Shown: piece after piece, positions 51,007 to 64,000 of the stretch
Position numbering within the stretch: the first letter of the stretch is position 1
How the letters are laid out: each line of letters opens with the position of its first letter
Origin: Halocafeteria seosinensis
Lineage: Eukaryota
Direction: 5' to 3'
Assembly (NCBI GenBank): GCA_001687465.1
Contig: LVLI01000208.1
Location: forward strand, 1-64,000
DNA: 64,000 nucleotides
Translations under genes and position numbers: made by a program
Notes under the pieces: generated by a model
The model's input: only the letters and a program-made list of their open reading frames with translations
Databases searched by the model: none
Told to the model about the DNA's origin: nothing

Positions 51007-52335
51007 TCATTGGGACTTGCTTCCTTCCAGAGTGTGGTAGGGAAGTATGTACGTTTCTGCTAACCCTCCGCAGTCACTTCTTACTTGCACATTTTGACGA
51101 AGCATTTCAGGAAGGATAACATTAGCCTCGTCGCTGATTCTTAAAGAGTCTGTCAGGCGGGAAAAGAACTTCATGATCGTATATCGTGAAGCAAGCATAA
51201 TCAATAGTGTGCCGAACGTGCAGACCAGGCGATATGCCCAGCCGAATACGTCGAATCCTGGAGGTGGATGAACAATGAAATTGATGTTATCTCCCAAGTA
51301 TAGGGATAGAGGCAGGAATAAAGCAAAATGAAGTAATCCAAAGAACGCCCAGTTGGCAACAATGTTTCCGAAGCGTAGCGGAACTTCGAATCGGCCTCGA
51401 AACAGATAGTAAGGAGGTACCAACGTCAAAAGAGTGTGCTGAAAGAAAAACGAGAACACTTCTCCAGGGAGTAATAATCCTCTTGTATCTGAGGTGAATA
51501 AAGAAAAAGCAAAGTTAATTTAGATAGGAAGGAAGTCAAATGAAACCTTTAGACTCTTTTGCACCACCGTACCTGGCATCATCAGCGCTCCCAAGCTTCC
51601 ATACCACGTATCCACAATGTACGCAAAGATGATCGAAGACCAAATGCGTCTTCGAATACGCACTCGCGGAGTGTGCGCGTCCGTGCTAGTATCACCGTTA
51701 ATGCCCGTTGGACTTTTTATACGTGGTGCCGGGTCCACCGCAACTCCTGGGAATACGGAGTTGACGAGCAGTAGCGCGTTGGCAATGTGGCACGGCTGTA
51801 GCAAGTAGAGCATGCGTCCCGTGAGTGCTTTAAACGTCACTGTGGCCGTATAGGCCCCTAGGAAACTAATACACAGCAGAACGTCGATTATGTACCACAT
51901 GGAAGATCGACGTTCCCACGTCATTGGGCCTGTCTTTCGTTGCGCGCCTCGAAAAGACGCTTTCCGAAGCCGTATCGAGGGCGTATCCACATTATTCGAA
52001 CATGATGTGTGCTCCTGACAGTCTGTATGGGCTTTGGATTCCTCTCTGGAAGCCTCAGAACAGCAAATTAGCCGCCCTCGAGGGTCCAGAGGCAGTCTTG
52101 TCCGAGTTTTAAAGGACACATGTTCGGCCACCAGTACCAAGAAGATGATAAACAATGGGATGAGCGTAATGAGCTCGACGAAATTGTGTTCAGGAGATAA
52201 ATACCAGCAGAAATCGGTCGAGGAATTGTGACGGACCAATTCAGCTTCGGCTCCAACTCGATCTCGAACATGCTCAGGGGGAAGTTGATACACAATGGAC
52301 CCACCCCATTGAATGAACGACCGTACGTACTCCAT
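51007..52335 (-). CDS. TMEM164: TMEM164-family membrane protein; exons 52335-51573 and 51488-51007
   Basis: Motifs CWYLSPEH and KALTGRMLYLLQPCH. The 84-nt intron restores GALMMPDTRGLLLPGEVFSFFFQH..LVPPYY. A later motif reads NINFIVHPP. Confidence 0.85.
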
Positions 52336-52552
52336 TATGCCTTGCTAACATACACATGACATGAAAACCAATCAATACATTTCTATCTTTGGTGACTTAT
52401 CAACCGACATTTGTCTACTATCAATCCGGAACAATCGAGTCATACTTCTACCCTTACGATGAAGAAAAACAGTGCAACGAAGAAAAAGTTTGACGATTCA
52501 ATTCTCTCTCGCTCCCACAATGCTTCGGCATTTGAGTCCCACTAAGCCAAAG

Positions 52553-54794
52553 TTATTCCGATCGGTGGTTCGCATTGAGCATCTTCCTCATCATCCGGCC
52601 ACCTTGTGGTAGCATGCTTTCCTCCAAAGTGGCAGAAGAATCCATCTCTGGATTGGCAAACGTCTGGGTTATCGACAGCAACGGGCCGTCAGCATGTCGG
52701 ACGCAATGCAGGATTTCTCGCGCTTGGAATACTGTGTATGGTTGAGCGCCGCTACACCGCTCCTGGTGTTCCACATTCCGTAAATACTTGCCTTTAAATG
52801 TAAGCAGGGAGCACTTAAGAAGCTGCGCTTGGGTCATTGCCATGGCTCGAGGAAGCAGAATCTCAGGATGCATCCAGTGGTTGACCGCAGTATCGTCTTC
52901 AATGTGTCCACGCACAAGTTTAACACCGCCGTGTCCCTGGGAGCCTACTTTCATACCGCAAGCGGCAGCGATCCCTTTTGGTTCCACATTCAGGAGTTCC
53001 AACATAGCATCGTTTATCCAAATACGATTAGCAACACCTTCGTCTACGTCATTTTCGATATGCGTAAGAGGATGAGGAAATTGATAGTTAATGATACCCA
53101 TTAGCTCGTCATACATGGGGATCCGCTCAGAATGTGGAGTGTTGAACATGGATCGTAACAACTTTTCAAGCGCTAGCCCTGCCACTCCAATGCTAATCTG
53201 CTCTTCAGCGATGCTATTATACCAATTAGCCAAAGCCTCTACGAGCTCCGGACTCTTCAGTTTCGCAACTGTTTCAGTTTCCATCTCCTTGCAATACCGT
53301 TTCGCTAGCTTGGATAGCAGCCTAGACGCCGACGTCGGAAAATTATCAAGAGCCAATGTGACTGAGTCCAGGGGAACTGTCGGGATCTCCATGTAGCAAT
53401 CCAGAGCAACCCGTTTAGCCAGGCGAAGTAGATGATTCATCCCTGTATTCTCTCTTCTCTTAAAGGGGAGTTTCCACAGAGAATGTGACGAAGAGTTGTG
53501 GAGCGAGTACTGAGAGAGTCCCAACTCTGTCTCTTGCGGATCGCCACCTCCAACCGAAGAAGCTTCATGCAACGTAACAGTGCTCGTTTCGTGCTCTGAT
53601 TTTGTTCCCCGGTAGCTTCCCGCAGAATACGCTGCCGCCGCAGAACTCTGTCCACCCAACATCAACATGCCGTCCAATGCAGACAGATCGTCTCCAGTGT
53701 TTCTTGGAGAGTTTTTGTGCTCTTCCTGGCAAGATTCTGTCTTTGTGCCGCTTCCCCAGTTGCTACATAGGGATGCAACAGCCATCTTTTCAATGTCACC
53801 CAAACCGAACCCGCCAGCTATGAGGCTAGCCAGAGCTTCCATACACAGACGTTCCTTCGATACCTCATTCGACGATGTTGGTCTAAACGACTCGCTGGAA
53901 TAGCGACACAACTCACCTGGTCGACAAAGTTGAAATCTGGCAAACGAGGCGCCGACTGGGATTATGGAAGACCAGCGGGAGCCAAATGAACTCGTCGACT
54001 CAATAATGTCGGTTCCTCGCCAAGCACCGTCCACCTGTATGTTATCTGTTCTCTGTTGCACATTCTTATCCCACTCTTCAGCTGCTAGACACCCTAGCAA
54101 GGACATCCCGCTTGTGCACAGCTGAAAGTTACCTTTAATGCACTTCGAGCCGGGAGCGATACACCTGAACGAAGCAAAGTTAGCAGTGAATACTTTTTCA
54201 TGGTTTACCATCGAGCACAGACGCGAAGAGCAGACGCTATCCCCGTGGACAGCAGATACACCACCACTACAGTTCAAAAATTTAAAGTCACAGTGGTAGG
54301 TCTTTGGGTGACCTTGGTCATCGACAGAATTCCTTCGTTCGGCTCGCGGGGCTACCTTGCTTCGAGAGGCGTTTTCTGGGAGACTTTCGGTCTGTTGTGG
54401 TCTTCGGCGTTTGCGACATATACCCTGCTCATACGGGATTCCCGCCAGGCAAGCATCTGCTTTGTCTACCCTACGACAGCGATCACAGGGACGCCCACCT
54501 GGATCCCGCAAAGCGCAACACACTGAGTGGCGTAGAGCCCCAAATAAGTTGTTCCTTTTTACCCTTACCTTCACATTTCCTCTTGCCGCGCGCACATATG
54601 ACACATGCTGATCTGGCCTGAGTTCCCCGCCGTTTCTTACTGGTTAACTGAGACTCCGTACAAGCCGCATTCTCCGCTGCAGAAGAGCACAGCTTCCATT
54701 CGAGATCATTTATTCCTTCATCCGAAGCCGCCGCAGACGGAGACGGCGGAACCAAGTGCTTTTGCGGTGGTACTTGTGGGAATGGATCTTGCAT
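52553..54794 (-). CDS. Zn2Cys6 (Gal4-type) transcription factor with C-terminal PAS-like domain, paralogue 1; exons 54794-54569 and 54498-52553
   Basis: Removing the 70-nt intron restores CVICARGKRKCEGGRPCDRCRRVDKADAC (Cx2Cx6Cx5Cx2Cx8C). The C-terminus RIWINDAMLELL...WMHPE...HADGPLLSI is PAS-like. The start codon is inferred. Confidence 0.82.
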
Positions 54795-55787
54795 TGCTCT
54801 TCGACTTTCTATCCTGTCGAAATATCCCGGTTTAAAGGGGGTTTCCAGACAATGTGGTTGCAGACAATGTGCGTGCGACCTGCTGTCGCACGGCTCAACT
54901 TCCACTGGAGGCAACGAGGATGAATACCAGCTAAAGCGAAACGCTGTCACTTTCGACGCTTCGCCGATGTTTACAGCGAAATCGTTTAGGAGAGTCTGTA
55001 TAGCCAGAAACAACGGCAAACGTGTATAGACGAAGGGTGTTGAAGGGAATGACCCCGGGGGGCCATAAGGGGGATCAAAAACACCAAAAAAGGTGAACAA
55101 AGAACAGCTTTGCTGCTCTCCTACAGAGCGCCGGAGTCCATTTTCCAAGGCATCAACATACCAATCAAGCATGAATGTGTGTTGAACGAACTCGTTGGCA
55201 ACGCCATTCACTGGAAATTCGGTGGTTTCAAGTACAGGCAAAAAAACCATTCTCACTAAACTTACTCTTTCGATATCTCCTTTTGTACCTCACCACTACT
55301 TCCACAAAGTTGCCCAGACTTTTGGTTATCAACGCTTCAGGAATGGCCGCTAAAGAAAGCCTCAATAAACTTACAAACGAAGGTGTACTATGACGCGTTT
55401 ACCCCATAGCGGAGATGTTGGGCGGCTTGGGCGGGGAACGAGGACGGGGTCATCCCCACCCCGAGGGGACGTAGTGCGGCGTTCCAGTTGGCTCCGGAGT
55501 CTCAGACGGAGGGTTCCGGCGTGACTCAAACGAGTCAACTAGATCGTGGGAATTGTAAATTATACAAGACACTCTTTGTCTGACGGAAAAGGGGGTACAC
55601 TATGTACTTGTGGGTGTTCCACTGCCTTGTGCGTGGGTATGTGTTTGATTGACACGACTGGACTTGTCGCACTGATACCAGAGGTGGTTCCGTTCGTCGA
55701 TTCAACTAACTGTACAAAGTGTATATTACTGTATAAAATGTATGCAAATTTTCGTACGTGTGCGCGCATTGACGCACATATCCTAAT

Positions 55788-57962
55788 CTAGAGACAACCA
55801 TGATTTGGTTTCAAGAATTTCCGCATCATCTGTTTCCCAGGCGCAATGAGGTCGTCACATATGGAGACTTCAGTATGTATCTCAGGGTTGATGAAGCACT
55901 GTGTCACTGAGTAGAGTGGACAGTCAGTATGGCGAACACAGTGTAGAACTTCTTTCGCCTGGAAACCTGAGTACGATATGGGTTCCTTCCGATTTTCGGT
56001 CGTTCTTGGACCTTCGGCCTTCCTCAGGTACTTTCCAGTGAACGAGAAGATGGAGCAGTTCAAAAGTTGCGCTTGTGTCGTAGCCATAGCTCGCGGAAGT
56101 AAAATTTCCGGATGTATCCAGTGGATGTCTGCAGCCATGCTTCCAGAACTACGCTTCCGGCGGACTAGGCATACGCCTCCATTGCCCCTTCCGACCAACT
56201 CCTGCAGGGGCACATAAGGGCCATATATTCGGCTTACTGTTCAAACAAGAAGTGAAATACTTACCATGTTGCACGACCTAGAAATCTCCTCACCGTCCGT
56301 ATTCAGAAGCTCAAGATATGCGTTGTTGATCCATATCCTGTTTGGACCTCCAGCGTTCACATCGTACTCAACATGGGCTATTGGCCTACTAAAATTATTG
56401 CAAATGATTCCTAGCAATTCGTCGTACAAGGGTATCCGTTCCCTATAAGGAACATTGAACAAGGTGCTCAGAAATCGTTCCAAGGCGAGCCCGGCAACAC
56501 CGGTTCCTAGTGTTTCATCGAAAAAACTGCCATACCAATTCAACAGCATTTCTGTAAAGCCAGGATCCGCTAGTGATCTAGCTATTTGCTCAGCCGAGCT
56601 ATCGTAGTAGCAAGACGCAATGTCGACCAACTCTTTTTGAACTTCCTTTGGGAAGTCATCCCAAGCCCTGGAGACCGAATCGAGAGGGACGCTGGGGATC
56701 TCCATGTAATTTTCCAAAGGAACATTCCGCACCAAGTTCAGCAGCTCGTGCTTCAGCTTGCTACCACCCTTTGGAGAGATGATTATCTCATCAGCGTTCT
56801 CCTGCTGTGAGTAGTAAGGTGGCAGCTCTGAAAAAGACCTCCGCTGGTCAAACTCGTATTCTGCTTCCTCCGAGCAGCATGACGAAGACTGATGGCAGTG
56901 GGTTGACATGGTGTTACTGCTGCTAGCGTATTGCGCAAGAGCTGTAGAACAAGGATATGAGCTTTCTCTCCATTTACCATTTAGCATCAGCATACCCTCA
57001 AGGACACTCGCTTCTTCACCAATCTGGTTCGGGTCTGTGATTGGCGGAACAGTGTCGGTGTACTCCTCCGCGGCCGCGGGCGTTGCAGAATTCTTTGCTA
57101 TTCCTGATACACAAGCATTTGCCATGTTCTCTATGTCTTGCAATGTAAACCCATCGGCGATGAGAGATGCTAAAGCTTCTGTTGCCAGCCTCTCCCTCGA
57201 TATGCTGTTCGTAGAGCTCTGAGCCGCGTGTCCTACATCTCGGCCCAGTTCACCGACCCTACGCAATTGGAAGGTCTTTTCAGACAAAGTATTGCTGGCA
57301 AAGGGGGACCACTGTTTAGCTGGCTTGCTTCTACCATTTTGGCATGCTCCGTCTTGCGTTTTCGGTGAGCAAGACTGGCAATTTACCAGCTCATTCTCCG
57401 CAAAATATCCCAACATGTGCAAAGAAGTTTGATTTAAATGAAACTCCATGCCTTTGGCAAGATCACTCCTGACCCTCTTAATGCTTTCAAATTTGCCTCT
57501 AGAAGATGATTCTCGCTTCAAAGGCGCGCACAGACGAGCAGAAGAAGGAGAGTCCTGGAACGCAGAAGTCACAATCCCTTCGGCAGTCAATAGCTTAAAG
57601 TTCACTCGGGTGGGGTAGTTCTCCATCTCGGCTTCGTTGCGGGCCGATTTCAACAGCTCCGATGAACTGCCAAGCGCTTGAGCATCTCTTGAATCTTTTC
57701 GTTTCTTTGTGGTCCCTCTGCGTCTCTTTCGACAGATCCCACTTTCGTATGGTAGACCGGCGAGACAAGCTTCTGCTTTATCAATTCTGATACAGCGATC
57801 GCAAGGACGTCCACCTTCACATCGTCTCTTTCCTCGAGCACAGATTACGCAAGCTGAGCGAGCCTGCGGACCTCGTTTTGTATTATCAAATTCATCATCC
57901 GAGGTCATTCGTTGGCCAGTGCCTTTGCTGCCACTTACAGTCCGGTGATTGGATTCGGTCAT
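55788..57962 (-). CDS. Zn2Cys6 transcription factor with C-terminal PAS-like domain, paralogue 2; exons 57962-56265 and 56201-55788
   Basis: Contains CVICARGKRRCEGGRPCDRCIRIDKAEAC and shares EALASLIA, YMEIP.VPLDSV, GVAGLALE, ERIP.YDEL.GII and HPEILLPRAMA.TQAQLL with paralogue 1. A 63-nt phase-0 intron is present. Confidence 0.85.
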
Positions 57963-58821
57963 CACACCTGTCCTGAAAACCCTTCTCTCCTGTGCTTCAC
58001 TATACCCATTAAATAACTATCAGCTAATGCTGTGGCAACTAATTATTATCCTGGCACCAACTCGACAATGCCAGCTGGACAACAGTTTCTTTCCTTCCTT
58101 CCACGCTGGGTTGAAGTTGCGAACAAGGAGTAACTCCGGAGGAAAAGGAAGCTCAAGTCCGGCGCTTTGCTCCGCTGCCGCAGGAGGACAATGTAACAGG
58201 GGAGATAGAAGGGGGACAAAAAAGGTGCGCGGTCTGGGGAAGTCCAAGCCGAACGTCCTTTCTATAGAATGAGAAAAGTACGTCGACAACTATTGAATGC
58301 GCATGCCTACAGCCCACTCTTGAAAATTCACTCTCTTGGTGTTATCAATGGTTTCAAGACAATAGGAGAGTTGGTATTGCGAATTGCGGTGAAGAATGGA
58401 TCAGCGTTGTTCTGCTGGAGGTTTGGGTCAGAAGGCGAGCTCTGTCGCTCAAATGACAGATTCCTCAGGAAAGACGACTAGGGAAGTAAAGCAGCACGCC
58501 GTTTGTGACAACACAAAATATCTTATCATCCGTCCTCCATGCACATGCAAGAGATACGAACGTTCCGACGCCTTCCACGCTGTCCGTGCCGACGCTGGTC
58601 ATGGGACCGTGGCAGCCGCACCATCGGTGTGACATTCCGGCCCAAGTCCGGCAGAGAGGACGCAGAACGGAGAAAAACGGATTCTTGGGGGCTTCAACTG
58701 CCGTCTGCGGAAAGTTGTCCAACTTGGGCTTGCCACTCCGCACTTCCCTGCCAAAACCTACCAACTGCGTTTATCGAGCTCGAGTGTATTTTTTGACCAA
58801 GCCCCAAAACCCAAAACTGTG

Positions 58822-60646
58822 TTAGCCGTCCCCAGCGCCGCTAGCGCCCAGGGAGGAAGGGAAATTCGTCTTCGTACTGGAAGCTAACTCGTCATCGTGA
58901 CTCAGCTCGTGGCTATGGAATGCTAGAATGAAGAAGCACATAGCATGTAAGCAGACCAGATAAAAGAAAAACACTAGGCGAACCATGGGGTTTACTGCCA
59001 ATATATACGCCGACTCGCCGAACCATCTATCGAGTATGTCGGCAAATCGTGCAACTCCTTGATAGCGAGAAATCGATCTGATATTCGACAGTGGCACCCG
59101 AGCTGTGAGATGGTTTCGCTTCCGTTGCTGTTCATATGACGTGGGGTTCTGCGTGTTACGAAATCGCAGGGATCCACCACTGGCACTTTCGACGTCTTCT
59201 GCATCAAATCTGTGGTTCGGTGAGCCTGCTTGTTCTACGTTCTCCCTCGCCTTGATTTCACGCTGGAGCTGGACATGGAGCACCGAGAGTTGGGAAGAAA
59301 GGCTATCTATTTTCTCCTGTTTCGCCGATAATTGCTTGGTTAATTGGTTGATTTGTGTTTGGTATCGCTCCAGCGACTGGTTCTCGTTCTTTTCCTCTTT
59401 TGCTTGTCTTGCTAGCTCATCTCGTTCTCTGGTGAGTCTTTGAACTTGCTCGGAGAGTTCGCGAATCTCGGAGGATAGCTTTCCATTCTCATTTCGTAAA
59501 GACTCTATACGCTGATACGCTTGGTTTAGCTCCTCATTCAACGAGGATATTCGTTTATGAGATGATTTTAGGCTTTCTTCTAGCGCATCTGCAGTGCTAC
59601 TTCTGTCAGTTTCCTGGGTGTCTTCATTCAACTCGGTTGTACGCGACTCTAGCTCTTCCTGCAGAACTCGGCAAACACGATGAGATCATATTGTGAAACA
59701 GAAAGATAACGACGCAACGTACTACTCGCTTCTGGGCTGCTATGAGAGAAGTGGTCAAACTGTCATTCTCCTCGGACAGATCCTTAACCTTCTGTTCATT
59801 CTGCTTCTTCAAATGCCGGAGATCGGACAAGGTTGAGGATAGCGTTTGTTCCTTGTGCTCAAGCTGATCTCTTGTTTGTCGGAGAGCCTGATCGTATTCT
59901 TTCCTCGTTCTCTCGAATTGTAGCTGTAACTCTTCATACTGAGACTGTAATTCTTCGTATTGTAATGCCAAATTTTGATACTGGTTGGACACGCTTGTTC
60001 CATCGGAGCTGCTATCCATTCTGCAAGAGGTCAATGGGAACGTGCAACCACATTCGCGTATTGGTTACCGATCAATTGCATCCCTACCGTCGCTTTCGTT
60101 CATTTTGCAGGTCTGTGTAAGCATCCTGTACTTGAGCAGTCAAGCTCTCTTCCCGTTGTCTGAAAAAATTATACGAGTCTCTTCAACACTTAAGGAAATG
60201 TACTTTCGTGATGAACCCACCTGTGCGTACCTTGCATCTTCCAACTGCCGTTTTAGCCCATCCTTGTCCGAATGGAGCTTCTCAATCTCCTGATTGAGCT
60301 CCTTAATCTCGCGCCGTAATGCATTCACCTGTATCAACGACCAAAGAAAGAGGCAATTCATTGTCCTCGTCTATCTAACCCAAACGTCCATTCGACGTAC
60401 GTAAGATGGGGACGAAGCATCGTCACCATAATGGGTCTCCCCTGCCGCCGCCGATGATGAGAATGCATGATGTTGTGGCTCGGTTTCTCTCCTCCCTGCT
60501 CCTTCTGAGGCTGGTGTAGCTCGACCATGGGAAGCCACAGAAGCGTTGACGTTTTCAATGTCTTGTCTTCCACGATTAAATCGTACTTCCGCCGATTCAT
60601 CCACAGACTCCAATAAATCTACAGTTCGTCTCCACAGGGACGACAT
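58822..60646 (-). CDS. Golgin-84 (GOLGA5)-like tail-anchored coiled-coil protein, 5 exons
   Basis: N-terminus MSSLWRRTVDLLESVD, long heptad coiled coils, and a C-terminal TM segment PMVRLVFFFYLVCLHAMCFFIL. GT-AG introns at 60400-60329 and 60230-60160 and two more near 60050 and 59690 keep the frame. Confidence 0.75.
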
Positions 60647-60820
60647 ATTGCTTACTTTGCATGCACGTATACTGTCAATACTACTGTAATAAGTTCCTGT
60701 AAATGGGTTAGTTTAGTTAGACCCGATTCCAAGGGCTTGTTACCCGCCACACCCCAGTTACAAAGACCCCTAGTTTGAAGGCTTTTTTCGGTACCTTTTC
60801 CCTGCACAAACTGGGTCAAT

Positions 60821-61794
60821 ATGGGGCTCATTCATAAGTATGTGATCTCTAGTTTTCCATGCGAGGGCATATATGGGCATATTGTGTCTTGATCACGCTG
60901 TATTGCAGGCTTCGGTTCGTGGCATTTATGCTGTATTTGACCCCTTTTTTCATTATACTGGCCGTGTTAGAGACTCTGCTCTTTCCTATCATCTATTTCG
61001 TGGACCCGAATCGCTCCTTCTTCCACAAACTGAACGCGAAATGCGTCTATTTGGCTATATGGCCCTTCATCAACATACGCGTATATGGAGTAGAGGAGAA
61101 CTTCCCCCATGGAAGAGGTTGTGTATTAGCTTCCAACCACCAAAGTCTGTTAGATGCGCTTATCTTTAGTGTCGTGGGCAAGATTGACTTTCGCGTCACG
61201 TACAAACAGGAGCTGAAATGGTATCCCGGCGTGGGGCTCTCGTTCATCTTATCGGGGCACATACCGCTCAAACGAGGCGACAAAGAGAGTGGCCGAAGAG
61301 CCATAGAGATGTGCAAAGAGTATATTCGACGAGGTGTGAGCACATTGTTTTTCCCGGAGGCCACACGCAAAATTGACCCAACGGCCTTACTAGGCGACTT
61401 TAAAGCCGGTGCATTTACAACGGCTATTGACGAGCAGTGCCCAGTGGTGCCGATTACGATCTCCGGAGCAAGGAATATACTGGCACCGTACGGGTTTCCC
61501 GAATTACACGCTGGTGATGTTGTTATGACTGTTCACCCGCCGATCGAAACCACGGGGATGAAGAGGCCAGCAAACAAAGACGATCCCGACAATGATGTTG
61601 ACAAATTATCTGCTCGAACCAAGCAAGTAATTGCATCAGCACTTCGAGACTGTGATAACTTTGCTAATTACAGAGCGAGGAAGAAACAACAACAGAGTAC
61701 AGGTGAAGATGAAGACCCGAAGCAATCTCCCCCTGTACAGAATGGAGAAGCAACACTAAGACAGCGAAAGAACGGATCTCAAAATGGAAGATAG
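60821..61794 (+). CDS. 1-acyl-sn-glycerol-3-phosphate acyltransferase (LPAAT/PlsC family); exons 60821-60837 and 60909-61794
   Basis: Motifs NHQSLLD (HxxxxD), HIPLKR, FFPEATR, FKAGAF and PVVPITI. A 71-nt phase-2 intron follows MGLIHK. Confidence 0.9.
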
Positions 61795-61979
61795 CTACAT
61801 AGACAGAGTTCACATATATGATAAAAAGAGCATAAAAGTCTTTGTAATGTCGGAAGTAAATGTTCACAACATATGGGGAAACCCAATAAAGCGAAAGTGA
61901 TGATGATGTATATCTATACAAGCTGCATTGTCCAACCAATACTTGTAGCAACAATTTTCGATAGAAATCGGCTTTGTCA

Positions 61980-63681
61980 TTAGCACTTCCAGATTCTACA
62001 GGTGTTATCCTTTGATCCTGAAGTCAGCAAGAAGCATAAAAAAGTAAAACGTTGAGATTGCTCAGGGTTTGTGTTGGATGCGTCACCCGCGACAATAGGA
62101 CAAAGAACATACCTGTGATAATAGTGTCGCCTTGATAGTTGAAGGCGCAGCTAAAAATTTCGTCCGTGTGACCCTCAAGAACTTGCAAACAGTCGCCCGT
62201 GGCAGCTTCCCAGACATGAGCAGTTTTATCGCTACTTGCCGATAAGATCTTGGTGCCTTGCGGGTTAAAGCAAATCTTCGATATCTCCCCCTCGTGCCCA
62301 ATGAGGATAGAATTACAGTTGCCATTGTCCGCAGAATATACACGCGCAGTGCCATCAGCAGAGGCTGTGACTATTTGTGAACATGTAGTGTTGTATGCAA
62401 CATCTAAAATCTCGTCCCGGTGACCACGTAGAGTGTGCAGGCAAGATGCAGTCCTTACGTCCCACATCTTACATGTTTTATCAATGCTTCCGCTAATACA
62501 TTGGTCGCCTGTAAAGTTAAATTGTGTGCTACTAATTTCGCTCGTATGGCCACTAAACGTATGCACAGTCGTTCCAGTACGGACGTCCCACAGACGAACC
62601 GTATGATCAAAGCTCCCTGTAATTATTAAATTGCCTGTCTGATTGAAATTCAGGCTTACGATTTCAGCCGCATGCCCCTGTGAAAATATAGAAAACGCCA
62701 AATTTTATAAACGGCAAGGCTGCACACTCTATGGCAAGAAAATCACATACCGCCAGCGTATGCATCTCCTTTCCGGTTTCCACATCCCAAAGTTTGGCTG
62801 TATGATCCATGCTCCCAGTCGCAACAACGTCTCCCAAGGGGTTGAAGGAAAGGCACACAATTTCTGTGTCATGTCCAGTGTAAGTGTGGAAGCATTCTCC
62901 GCTATTGGCATCCCAAAGTTTTGCCGTCTTATCAAAGCTTCCTGTTAGAATCTTATCTCTGCACGATGTCACAAGCCCCAACAAGTCGACACACGTTCGT
63001 GGTGTTGCTTCCATAAAAGAATATAAACATTCGACAACAATTACCTACCCGAAAGGGTTATTGAACGCGATTGCGTACACGACATTCTTATGTCCTTCCA
63101 ATGATAGGAGTTCCTCCCCAGTCCCCGTCTCCCATACTTTGCATGTTCGATCGTAACTTCCCGTGATGAATTTGTCCCCTGCTTTGTTGAACGCACAGTT
63201 CGTTAATGGAAGGATATGCGCCCTAAGAATCTTGTACAAGTAGAAATCCCTGTTGATAACATGGTTGTTTGAACCCTGTTTTTTCTGTAATTTTCGGAGC
63301 AATTTCAGCACTTGTGGCCGTCTTCGAGCCGAGACCAGCGGATACTGTGCTATAATGTCATCTGCTACCTCTTCGATATTCGTACTGCCTCGGAAAAAAG
63401 ACGTTCAGACGACGTGAAAAGCCCCCATCAAGGACATTATGCAAGATACACGTACTCTGGTCCTAACGACAAGAGGTCAATTTCTTTCAAATGTCTCGTC
63501 CTATCCCGTTTCTCATACTCCAGCATGATACCTGTACGGTTGGTAAGGACACAATAGTATCGGTGTACCAAACTTGGGAGCCATTTGGAGCATATACGGC
63601 TCAAAACAGCGTCTGAACGGGCTCTGAGCACTCAGCCTTACCTGGAGGATAGTATCGGAGTAAGAATTTACGTAGCTTCAT
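61980..63681 (-). CDS. DAW1: Dynein assembly factor with WD repeats 1 (ODA16/WDR69), multi-exon
   Basis: The ATG at 63681 gives [21 protein letters not shown]. Later exons give [50 protein letters not shown] and WD40 repeats. The last exon [12 protein letters not shown] ends at 61980. Confidence 0.95.
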
Positions 63682-64000
63682 GTCGGTATTCCACTGTTTT
63701 CGACACCCGCACGACTTGCGCCACTACTGAACACTACTCTAACAACGTGAGCAATGGGCGCTACACCCTATAACAAGCACGAAATCCGCCATTAAGTGGC
63801 ATTTAAATGAACCAAACCCAAAATCGACGAAATGTTTGTTCCCCCCACGACAAAGCAACGAAAAGATTGTCTTCTTCAGGAGGCTTCGAATGGTGTGGGA
63901 CTGGTGAATGAAATGAAATGGATGAATATGCGGTTCCGTGAGCCCTTGGTTAACTACTGTTCCCACACGTTGGACACAATTTTTTCCATTGCTCTATTTG

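Noticed and set aside
54483..54604. Apparent frameshift splitting the zinc cluster
   Set aside because: Fully explained by a canonical 70-nt intron.

Overview
Eukaryotic, gene-dense nuclear DNA from a flagellated protist. The evidence is short GT-AG introns of about 63-107 nt plus DAW1/ODA16 and Sfi1 genes; the lineage cannot be fixed from the sequence. Two conserved blocks flank an accessory island. The left block (1.2-22.4 kb) holds a giant Sfi1-type centrin-binding protein and UTP20. The right block (43.7-63.7 kb) holds an SZT2-like gene, TMEM164, two tandem Zn2Cys6+PAS-like transcription factors, a golgin-84-like gene, an LPAAT and DAW1. The island (about 22.4-43.6 kb) contains a 5'-truncated RLE-type non-LTR retrotransposon remnant, a GNAT, a ~300 bp direct duplication and an intact-looking Crinkler/RHS-type NTPase+REase gene. 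It also contains a ~4.9 kb TIR-bounded Mutator-like element whose decayed transposase ends in a chromodomain and is interrupted by a GLUG-repeat surface-protein gene, a candidate Helitron 3' end, and two tandem paralogues of an unrecognised protein family with identical intron positions. All family assignments come from motif recognition by eye; no searches were run.
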